From Octopus sinensis (Eukaryota), in the NCBI RefSeq assembly GCF_006345805.1, contig NW_021823660.1:1-21509 (forward strand): a stretch of 21,509 bases of DNA. Direction: 5' to 3'. Below, piece by piece: positions 11,378 to 21,509 of this stretch; the first letter of the stretch is position 1; every line of letters starts with the position of its first letter. Below the pieces are notes generated by a model. The model saw only the letters and a list, made by a program, of their open reading frames with translations, was not told the DNA's origin and did not search any database. The position numbers and the translations under genes were made by a program.

Positions 11378-11730
11378 GGTGTTGCTACATAATTTTACTC
11401 CACGAATGCTTTTTAGCAATTGTCATTTGGTGCATGAGAGAGTTCGATGCATTTGCCCTCATTTGCACCTCCTGCCGTGAAGTTGGTTCATCTGGGTCAC
11501 CTGACAAGAAGAGATCCAGTTTTATTTTAAAGACATCTGCAGGTCTCTTATATGTATATATATATAGTCAGTTGAGGTGTTTACATAATTTAATTTACAT
11601 TTAACTGTAAATCCTGTATATACGAGGATCTCAATGTATCGAAACATTTGTAGCGATTAAAAAGCTGCCTAACCGTACTTACTCTTCTTTTTGATTCTTA
11701 CTTTTTACTTTTTACTTTAAATATATCCAC

Positions 11731-11840
<110 letters not shown>

Positions 11841-11920
11841 GTACCCATGTATCTATCCATATTCGTAAGTGCCTGTATGTGTGTGTATGTGTGTGTGTCT
11901 GTGTGTGTCCGTGTTTGTGT

Positions 11921-12199
<279 letters not shown>

Positions 12200-12405
12200 A
12201 TAGTTAATCCAAACAAGAAAGCACAAAAAGCACAACAACGCGAGTACGTGGAACAAATATAGTATTATTGGACGCTCAGGAAAGAATGAAAGAAGGAGGG
12301 TTTAACGTTTCGAGCGGAGCTCTTCGTCGGAAACATAGGAGAAGGAAAGATCTAGATAAGGGAAGACAGAGGGAAAAAAATCGCCAACGGTAGACACGAG
12401 GTCAC
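12200..12405 (-). mobile_element. ~205-bp non-coding repeat carrying a minimal hammerhead motif (Penelope pLTR-like or retrozyme-like), flanked by (TA)n
   Basis: Second copy at 1-64; HHR motif at 12300-12334. Confidence 0.65.
12300..12334 (-). ncRNA. Minimal type I hammerhead ribozyme-like motif A
   Basis: Minus strand GTTT-CCGACGA-A-GAGC TCC GCTC-GAAA-CG-T-T-AAAC: stem I GTTT/AAAC, core C(C)GACGA (U4C variant) and GAAA, 4-bp stem II, palindromic ACGT stem III, GUU site. Confidence 0.65.
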
Positions 12406-12459
12406 ATTTATATATATATATTATATTTATGTATATACTAGAGGAAAAGTACAGTAAAC

Positions 12460-12945
12460 CCAAGGCAGGACCACTCATTCATAATAATTTAGAATACAGA
12501 GAATTTGAAGTCTTACAGCTGTTTCTGGGATATCCTAAGTGATAAGCTAGCATGTCCGTACACTGGGTATTTCGTCATCAGAGACAAGGTGAATATGCAT
12601 CAAAGTTCCAGACAGGAAAATTCTCAGTTTATAAGGAATAAAATTGAAGAATAAAGTGTAAAAGTAGAATACAGACAGGAGAATCACGTTCACAGTTCAT
12701 CTTTCTCCAGAGGGTATGGAGGTTGGTCCGATCTTCCGTGAAGGTATAGGCCCTTAGGTATAATCTCACGTAAACCCACGCAGTATTTTGGCAGTATTTT
12801 GCATGATGCATTTATGTTGAATTCATGCATTATGAATTGCTTCAACATGGATTACTTCAACATGTTACGCTATCACTTGAGATATCCCAGAAACAATTGT
12901 AAGACTTCAAATCCACCTCACCTTAAATTATTATAAATAACATGA
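12460..12945 (-). mobile_element. Penelope-like element 3' remnant with inverted partial pseudo-LTR
   Basis: 42-bp inverted repeat 12503-12544 / 12871-12912 (38/42 identical), made of hammerhead sequence; homology extends outward to aaattattat(g/a)aat. Confidence 0.55.
12510..12585 (-). ncRNA. Type I hammerhead ribozyme-like motif B with long, decayed stem II
   Basis: Minus strand GTCT-CTGATGA-[long stem II]-GAAA-CAGCTG-T-A-AGAC: canonical core, stem I GTCT/AGAC, loopless palindromic stem III ACAGCTGT, GUA site. Confidence 0.75.
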
Positions 12946-12966
12946 GATACCTGGTTTGGTTTTTCC

Positions 12967-13037
12967 TCAAATATATACCTTAAAATAATAATATCATCAA
13001 ATATATACCTTAAAATATACTATCATCAAATATATAC
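12967..13037. repeat. ~30-bp minisatellite, about 2.4 copies
   Basis: tcaaatatatac(cttaaaat) at 12967, 12997 and 13026. Confidence 0.9.
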
Positions 13038-13524
13038 GGATCCCCGGCTCCAGCCTCAGCTGTGAACTTGGAACCTAATGGCTGACCAGTTATATCACTT
13101 ACTCAGTGTACTAATTTGTTAGTGCACCAGTGAACTAAAACACTTATATTCTTTATGTATGCATATATATATAGATATATATATATATAATATATATATA
13201 TATATTATATATATATATATATTATATATATATATAAGGTGTTATATATTTACAGTAGATATTTGGTACTTGTTATATGCCAGATAATTTAAAACCTCAA
13301 TGCAGCGAAGTAGATGATCATCATTTTTTTTTATTAAATCATTAAATCATTCGATATCCCGAAAATAAGTTACTTTGTTTCGAGTCCGAAGTTTTTTGAA
13401 TTTTCAAGTATTTTCTTTTCTAACATTCAGAACTATTGAATTCCGATTGTAGACGTAGACATTTCTTTTCATAGGAAAACAAATTCAACCTGCTCATTGA
13501 ATGATTATACAAATGCGCATATTT

Positions 13525-13568
13525 ATAAGTGTATATACATACATATGTATATACAAATATATATATAA

Positions 13569-13610
<42 letters not shown>

Positions 13611-13644
13611 TATATATATATACGTATCTATATATGTATGTATC

Positions 13645-13676
<32 letters not shown>

Positions 13677-13804
13677 ATGTAACTATGTACGTGTGTATAT
13701 AGATATATGTTTATATATGTATGTATATATATATATATATAAATCTGTATATATCTATATAATACATACATACAAATATAGTCCGCGCTTATGTTTATAC
13801 TCAT

Positions 13805-13902
<98 letters not shown>

Positions 13903-13910
13903 TGTATCAA
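13525..13910. repeat. Compound (TA)/(CA)/(TG) microsatellite block
   Basis: Directly visible. Confidence 0.92.
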
Positions 13911-14401
13911 TGTATATACTTTTCTAGTTATATGTGTATGCTTATATGTATAGACACATACGAATGTGCTGAAACGTCTGTGTTTGTCTATGTGCCCGTT
14001 CCATTACATATATACATGTTCAATCCTTCAAGTAGCAATTTCAAATCTTTACAGAGAACAGGGAATGTAAGTTACATGTTAGAGACTCTCTTACTTCCCG
14101 AGAAATTTGATTTACGATGCCTAGAAAGAAATAACATAAAAAAACAATACATGCGAACATTTCCACACATATATATATATACATACGTGCGTTTGTGTGT
14201 ATGAATGTATATAGCACAAAATCATGAGTAGATAGTACAAAAAAATCAAAAGTGTGATTAAAGAAAAAGGTAACTCACTACTGCAAATAATATTGTATAT
14301 TACATGATTTTTGAGAACCAGTCGTAACCAGCTTCTCATCTAATACAGGTATCACCGCTTTGGTTTTCATTACACTCATAGCTGTTCACATGAAGTGAAT
14401 T

Positions 14402-14439
14402 ATGACGATGATGATTATGATGATGATGACCATCATTAC

Positions 14440-14493
<54 letters not shown>

Positions 14494-14665
14494 AATCATT
14501 ATCATCGTCATTGTTCTCCACGTCGTCAGAATCAATGTTCTAACTTTTATTTATCGCTTCTATTATAGTTGCCTTCTTCAGCAAACCCACATCAAAAACA
14601 GAGAAGAAATTGATGATGATGATGATGATAGTGATGATTATGATGGTGATGATGATGATGATGAA
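14402..14665. repeat. (GAT)n / (ATC)n / (GAT)n trinucleotide tracts in alternating orientation
   Basis: Directly visible; source of the poly-Asp, poly-Ile and poly-Met ORFs. Confidence 0.95.
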
Positions 14666-14729
14666 CGTAATATTGTTAATGCTGATGGCAATTATGTCTG
14701 TTCACTTCGCGAACATTTTTGCTACCGTT

Positions 14730-14777
<48 letters not shown>

Positions 14778-14917
14778 AGCGCGTGCGCGTGTACGTATTT
14801 CATTATTCGTATACAAACATGTATGTGTATTTATATAACTTCATTATAGCAGGTTTGCATCTCATGATGGGAACTAGACAAAAACATACATGTATACATA
14901 CATACATGCATGCATAA

Positions 14918-14968
<51 letters not shown>

Positions 14969-15606
14969 CGTATATCTATGTATGTATATATAAATATTTA
15001 CGTGCACATATACGTTTATATGTATATATATACTTTTATACACATGTATCCTTTATTATTTTTATATACGTATAGTTACTACACATAAGCACCCACACAC
15101 CCATATATATATATATATATATATACACGATATATATATATATATATATATATACGTACCTATATATAAACTGATTGCTTGTTGTAAGATCAATAACATA
15201 TGTATATATATATATATATATATATAAAGGCATATATAAACAATATATGAACATCAGCCAGGAGGCAGTAATATGAATTGTTATCAAAACCAGATAACTG
15301 GAAAGAAAAAAAAAAGATAATAATAGTAATCTCCTTTGGCAAAGTAATAAAACTCTGAAGGGGGCCGATTGGTAGTTGATTGGGTATTTTGTTTGTCATA
15401 TAAGCTGAAAGAAATACCTTCACAGATTTTCAGTTGCGTACCGTCTTTTATTGAAAATTTACACGAAAAGGTAAAAGGAAAATAGATGATGGCTGTTACT
15501 CAGACATCAATAAAGTAAGTGTCGACAAACTTTTCGCAAATGCAAATTGAAAGAAGGATACTTAACTAAGAGTCTGTAAGCTAAGATTGATTTAATAGAG
15601 CTTAGC

Positions 15607-15760
15607 AGATATCGCCGTGTGGTTATGAAATTTGTTTCGTAGTTTCAGGTACAGTCGATATGTACAGGTGCGTCGGATCTTCGGCATCTGTATTCTAATA
15701 TTGCTTTTGGTCGACCAGTGTCTCGTAAATCAAGATCGAAGACAGGAATTGTAAGAAACT
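15607..15760 (+). mobile_element. Very decayed S2 SINE 5' half
   Basis: gccgtgtggttatgaaatttgtttc..ggtcgacc..aagacaggaattgtaagaaac is loosely collinear with 11921-12057. Confidence 0.4.
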
Positions 15761-15767
15761 AGCAGTA

Positions 15768-16290
15768 TATATTTGGTCTGATCAATAATTATCCGGACTG
15801 TTGCTATAGTAATGAAACTGAACCACGGAGAGTAAATCCGCTTGGCACATATTGACCTTGTACTCTGCTGTGCCTGCACACTAAATTTGTACATTGTAGC
15901 TCAGGTCCGCTGTTTACAGCAGTGCTTGGAAGGAAGTCGTGTAGCGTGTGATAGTCGCATTGACCATTACAGAGAAAGTTGAGCAGAGAATCTGTATCAA
16001 ATGTTGCCAAAGGTTAGTGATACCTACTCAGAGGCAAAGTTTTCAAAAAGTTTTAATCGTTCTCGATACAATGTGCTACTGAAGCCCGAGTGTCTTTATG
16101 GTCAGCTGAACGCAGTTTTGACACAAACCTGGCAGACACACATCTCATACCTGAATCCTCAGTGATAATGGACTGAACTGAAACGTAACTCATCCTCTGA
16201 TACCTTATGCATGGTGATTCGACCATTTCCTCTGCATGCACTTCTGCGATATTTTTTTTTCAGTTCTACTAGTTGCGCGTCTCTCAACAG
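15768..16290 (+). mobile_element. Mariner remnant: 5' TIR and N-terminus on plus, joined to an inverted internal transposase segment on minus
   Basis: ggtctgatcaataattatccggactg TIR-like; plus 15966 reads (I)TEKVEQRICIKCCQRL; minus 16290-16035 reads SVQSIITEDSGMRCVSARFVSKLRSADHKDTR..CIEND*NFLKTL (second HTH and WVP-like linker). Confidence 0.85.
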
Positions 16291-16376
16291 ACATTGACCA
16301 ATGACTGAATCAAGTAAATATAATAACCAAATAGAATAGACAAATATACATAAAATATTAATTATAGACAAATATG

Positions 16377-16581
16377 CATAAAGGGGCTGAACAGTTCCTG
16401 ACTTTGGTTAAACAAAGACAAAGTAGGATCAGTTACTTATGAATTTATTCAACATATTCTCCCTTCAGATTAACACTCTTATTGCAGTGGTCCTTCAGTT
16501 ATTGTAAGCCCTGTAAAAGAACTTGGACGTTTGGGTCCCCGACCAGGTCTTTCGCGATACCTGTAAAGCTAGGAATTTGAC
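16377..16581 (-). mobile_element. Mariner-derived short non-autonomous element retaining the transposase C-terminus
   Basis: Minus 16520-16445 reads LQGLQ*LKDHCNKSVNLKGEYVE* (mariner G..KL..RW.KC...GEYVE); partial TIRs agttcctgacttt / aaagctaggaatt. Confidence 0.8.
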
Positions 16582-16809
16582 CGTAGATCCTCTTATTTGA
16601 CCGTAGATAGAATCAAACTAAGAACGTCGTATGCGATGAAAGTAAACATCTTGGTGTATTTTAAGTTTCTTTCTATTCATGTGGTAAACTTATTTCTGTT
16701 TGTTAGAAATGTTCACCTCATGTTCATAAAATGGTGGATTCGTCTACAGAATCGAACAACGCATTGATCCTTCGAGCAATGCTCCAGTCTACTCAGGTCT
16801 AATGTAAAC

Positions 16810-16945
16810 CAGCAAAAGAGACCGATAGCGGAAGCACCTAATGCAAAACTAAATACAGGGGTCGATTTGTTCGACTAAACCCTTGAAGTTAATGTCCAGC
16901 ATGGCTACAATACACAATGACGAAGATTGAAAAATAAAAAGATGA
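16810..16945 (+). mobile_element. S2 SINE 3' half, decayed
   Basis: gcaaaagagaccgatag..ggggtcgatttgttcgactaa..ccagcatggct..aatgac..aaaaataaaaaga. Confidence 0.7.
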
Positions 16946-18297
16946 ATAAGCGAAGAAAGATCTGTGAGATACTGACCTTCCATCTTTTTAATAGGTATCA
17001 CAAAAATAAGTAAACAAAAATTCTCAGAATATTATTTTGTTGAACAGAGAGATTATTTGCTTAAAACCTTGTTCCACATTCATATCTATTTCTTTGCTGC
17101 TCTTTATGCTACCATATATTTTTTTGTTGATGGAGGCAGTTGATATTCCAAGTAAGAACTTTTGATTAGCAGAAACTAATATTTATCTTTAGTTACTTAA
17201 TTATTTGTTGAGAGAGAAGAAAGAAAAGTCATAGTTACATCGCATGACATTTTAACACTTTAAGTACGACAAACGTCAATTAGCGATTTTCTGTAATTGT
17301 GCCGAGAGCGGTAAGCTGTCATTAAGCCATTCGATTGTCATTCCACTTTAAAAATGCATAAAAATTAGTTTAGAAATATTAACTTTTTCACATTTCTGTT
17401 CTGCAGTTAGATTGACATGCTCAAACATAAAATAGTTTGCACAAAAGACTGAATAGCCAAACATGTGTGCATATCCTTAAGATATTCAACGAAGTAAAAT
17501 TAGAATGATATTAAAAAGGCAACGTGTGAAAGAATAAATGTTGAACGTAAATGATACATTACATTAAACTAAAGTAAAAAAATGATACAAAGAATACGAT
17601 AAGGATAATAGTGGAAGCTTAACTGTGATGATATTTATCGACATTTACTGAGATGAAGTCTGCGAAAATTATATAACGACTAAAATAATTACGAAATTAT
17701 AAGTTTTTAGCAATCGTTGAAATTGTTTCTTTACATTAACAAATGTAAGGTGAAAACAATTAAAATAAAATAATAAAAAAATTGCGTAGTATTCTGAAAG
17801 TCTGTTAATAACATTTAAAAAGGTGTCTATTTTAACATTTGATAACGAAAAAAGGAATAAGAAATATTTCTCTAGCACGAAACACAAAAATATATAAAAC
17901 ATTTAATAGGTGGAAAGCATGAAAATTGATATTTGGGGAAATAAATGATATAAAAATAACTCAATAGAATTTTAATACGTTTACACGTGTAATTCGTTAG
18001 ACATGTTGATTCAACTAGAATATTTGAACTGTTAGATATTAACAATGTGTTTCAAGTACAGAATCATTCTAACATACAAAACAAGAGGAATTAGTTTTTA
18101 AGTTTTAATTATTTGAAGTATAAGAGAAAGCAATATCACAGTGACGTATAATAATTTCTAGTCTAAATACAAAAAAAAAAGATTCCAGTTTGTGTGTTCT
18201 ACAGTGACAAATGCAGTAACAAATGCTAAACGTAATTGTGTAACGACGTGACTTCCAGTTCAGTGGTACCATATTCGAGCGATTTCTACAATAGTCC

Positions 18298-18380
18298 CGG
18301 GCGGACCAATGGATTTAAAATGAATTTGGTAGACGGAAACTGTGTGGAAGATCATTGTATACTTACGTTTTATGTATGTG
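18298..18380 (+). mobile_element. S2 SINE 5'-half fragment
   Basis: atttggtagacggaaactg, shared with 12030-12050 and the reverse complement of 3116-3166. Confidence 0.6.
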
Positions 18381-18396
18381 CTTAGTGTTTTGCTCC

Positions 18397-18545
18397 GTTC
18401 TGAGTTCAAAATCCGCCGAGGTCTAATTAGCCCTTCATCCTTTTGAGGTCGATACATAAAGTACCAGTGAAAAGCTGGGGGGGGGGGGACGTAATCGACT
18501 ATGGCCCTACCCACAAATTCCAGGCCTTCTCTCTATAGTAGAAGT
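18397..18545 (+). mobile_element. S1 SINE, 5'-truncated, tail B
   Basis: gttctgagttcaaaatccgccgagg..aagtaccag..aaattccaggcctt..tatagtagaag. Confidence 0.8.
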
Positions 18546-18586
18546 GTTAGACACACTCAGATATATTTATACGCACACACACACAC

Positions 18587-18627
<41 letters not shown>

Positions 18628-18915
18628 CATATACGCATATATATAATATAAATATATATATATACTATATATATATATATATATATACATGTATATACAT
18701 ATATGCGTCTAGATGAATGTAAATTAATAGTTTTATAATGAAACCCCGAGCGATTTGGACAAATGATGATTTATTATTTCCTACGTCCGCTCAGATGTTA
18801 ATGTGTGGTGCTTCTAGAATTGACAACGCTGTTAAAAATGGCGACGTGAATTCGCTAAATTTGCTTCGATTTCATAATGTGCAATTTTTATTTCGCGCAC
18901 ACACACACACATATA

Positions 18916-19144
18916 TATTTCTTTACTACCCACAAGGGGTTAAACACAGAGGAGACAAACAAGGACAGACAAACGGATTAAGTCGATTACATCGACCCCA
19001 GTGCGTAACTGGTACTTAATTTATCGACCCCGGAAGGATGAGAGGCAAAGTCGACCTCGGCGGAATTTCAACTCTCAACGTAACGGCAGTCGAAATACGG
19101 CAACGAATTTCGCCCGCCGTGCTAACGTTTCTGCCAGCTCACCG
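18916..19144 (-). mobile_element. S1 SINE near-full-length monomer, tail A
   Basis: Reverse complement cggtgagctggcagaaacgttagcacggcgggcgaaa..ccccttgtgggtagtaaagaaata. Confidence 0.92.
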
Positions 19145-19183
19145 TTATTTATATGTTATTTGCATTATTTTATTATATCATAC

Positions 19184-19449
19184 CTTTCGTATTTCTTTAT
19201 TGCCCACAAGAGGCTAAACATAGAGGGGACAAACAAAGACAGACAAAGGGATTAAGTCGATTACATAGAACCAGTGCGTAACTGGTACTTATTTTATCGA
19301 TCCCGAAAGGATGAAAGGCAAAGTAGACCTCGGCGAAATTTGAACTCAGAACATAACAGCTGACGAAATACCTATTTCATTACTATCCACAAGGGGCTAA
19401 ACATAGACAGGACAAACAAGTACAGACAAACGGATTAAGTCGATTACAT
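19184..19449 (-). mobile_element. S1 SINE dimer, 5'-truncated within unit 1
   Basis: Same unit junction (at 19371) and unit-specific variants as the dimers at 4342 and 7677. Confidence 0.9.
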
Positions 19450-19756
19450 TTTATGTAATTTGGTAAATATGTCTGTTAAAATGAGATGTCAGTGTTATCT
19501 TCATTTTTGCGTAATTTAGACGACAGTTTATTCACCGCAACCTGTATATATAACAGCTGGTCTCACCTTAATAAGATAACGTGCAATAATGGGACCACAG
19601 ATACGTATGTATGTGTGTGTGTATGTATGTATGTGTCTATGTATACATGCATGTATATACACACATATATACATACATATATGTGTGTCTGTGTCTGTGT
19701 GCATAGATGCCGTTGTATATACGAATATATACGTTTAAATGTCTATTTGCACATCT

Positions 19757-19793
<37 letters not shown>

Positions 19794-20708
19794 CACGGGG
19801 TGGGGGTTGTATGCTTGTGTATGTCTTTCGTCGTATTTTGAATTTTGTCCAGGTATGTGTGAGCAAAAATACCAGAACCTTTGTAACAATATTGTTTTAT
19901 ATTTCTTCTCGATCCTTTCAATCTAGCCCACAAGGGTTCATAATTTACAGAATCAGTTTAACATCTAGCTGGATATCTTTGATTATTCATTTCTACATTT
20001 ATTGCTGGCTTTGTGCCTAAATCAGTAAACTTTCTTCTATCATTACCATTATTACTTAGCTAATTTTATAGTAATTGCATGCTACCATCGGAAAACTATG
20101 TACAGCATTATTATGAACGATGATTCTCTCCGTTTTAATATATTGAATTTACTCTGTCTGTGGTTTATATGCAGCGTCTAGTAGCTAAATTATTTTCTCT
20201 GTCGTGTAGGTGTGCGAGCATTCTGGAAATTGTCTCATGTATATTTCAGTGTTTCTGTGTATTATTTGAATTGTAGTCATTTCTATTGGAATTAAGTCTG
20301 CGGCCAATCCCACTGATGTGTATTTTGTTTGCAATTTGTACTCTTTATCTTATATTGTCTTTTGACGTATTTCAGAAAATGTACGGCACTCCTTGCTCCC
20401 ATTATATCCCATTATTATCATCTTATGAAGGAGGAACCACTTGTCTATAGATATTCAATTACTTCACCGTGAAAACACAGGTGGTCATTCTCTTAAATAC
20501 AACATCCAGTTCTTCGCAATATAATTAGAGATATGTTTACAACCACTGAAAAATTCAAATCTAGAGTTATTTCATCTATTAAGATAAGGTGTGGATTTTT
20601 CAATTGTTTTCCACTTAAACACATGTTGTGTTGCATCAGATTCAAACTTCTTACGTGGCCAGCCATCTGAGTAGCTTTGCTTTTTTTCCTTATGTCGGAA
20701 GGAGGCTG

Positions 20709-20748
<40 letters not shown>

Positions 20749-21248
20749 ATATATATATGTATATATAGTTAGATAAATTGATACACACACACACATACAC
20801 ACACACATATATAAACATTGATATGAGAAGAAACATCAGATTCGAGTCAACAACATTATATAACACCACGCTTCAATACATTTGATGATATATAAATATT
20901 ACCATGGCCTTTAATATATAAAGTATACATATAAAAAAACACAGAAAATAGAAAACGATATAGAACAGACTATCAAGTAAGTATATACAATCAACTAAAA
21001 ATGTAAAGTGTGCCATGCGACTAAAATATGAATCGCCTAAATTTTTTTTACTCCCCTCAATTAAAAATATGTCAAAAAAGTTCATTTCATAAAAACCATG
21101 GTAGGTTGGCGTCCAGGAGCGCAAGAGGGTTCCACAAAATCATGTCAAACACATCTATGCCCATGTCGGGAGTTCACTGCCGCGATTCCATCCCCATCAT
21201 CAGGATGAACAGGAATATCAACAATTTGATGTTGGTTCTTCTACCGTA

Positions 21249-21275
21249 GGAGTGGCATTGTGGTAAGTAGCTTGC
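21249..21275 (+). mobile_element. S2 SINE head fragment, followed by a 20-bp tandem duplication (21274-21313)
   Basis: ggagtggcattgtggtaagtagcttgc, then gccggataa(t/c)tgaagagatg twice. Confidence 0.5.
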
Positions 21276-21437
21276 CGGATAATTGAAGAGATGGCCGGAT
21301 AACTGAAGAGATGGCGGCGTGAATATTTGCTGTAGCCCATCATTTTATACCAAGACAAAACACTGTACATGATAACACTTCCAATCAGTTAAGATCAGAT
21401 GCCATGAGAGTCAGTGCCTGGTGTTGCATCGGGGCAC

Positions 21438-21509
21438 TTCTTCTTTTCTTCTTCTATTCTGTCTTCTTCTTCTTATCTTCTTCTTCTTCTTCTTCTTCTT
21501 CTTATTCTT
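21438..21509. repeat. Imperfect (CTT)n microsatellite
   Basis: Directly visible. Confidence 0.95.

Noticed and set aside
12690-12775. Minus-frame REIIPKGL as a GIY-YIG C-terminal P.GLN motif
   Set aside because: Too short and degenerate to support a protein call.
15364-15384. Paired reverse CCAAT boxes as a promoter
   Set aside because: Short motifs with no other promoter evidence.
18764-18800. C/D snoRNA from the atgatga C box
   Set aside because: No D box (CTGA) or terminal stem at a suitable distance.
20340-20480. Exon after the acceptor-like tcttttgacgtatttcag (20375)
   Set aside because: All three frames stop before the next plausible donor and none shows a recognisable protein.
21195-21330. 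ctgatga (minus) and ctgaagag (plus) as hammerhead cores
   Set aside because: No properly placed GAAA, stem III or stem I.

Overview
AT-rich, microsatellite-dense eukaryotic non-coding DNA (intergenic or intronic), very probably from an Octopus genome. That assignment is inferred from recalled octopus tRNA-derived SINE and mariner families and the (TA)n/(CA)n density, not from a database search. No host protein-coding gene is supported: the supplied ORFs are microsatellite or low-complexity read-throughs or transposon debris. The window holds many copies of two tRNA-headed SINE families (one spreading as a TSD-flanked dimer), several decayed mariner pieces (one with an internal inversion), a hAT-type transposase remnant and a small MITE. 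The most interesting signal is at 12.2-12.95 kb. Two different minimal type I hammerhead-ribozyme (HHR) motifs with palindromic stem III lie about 200 nt apart on the minus strand, as seen in Penelope-like elements and retrozymes. An inverted partial copy of one carries a palindrome-preserving double substitution.
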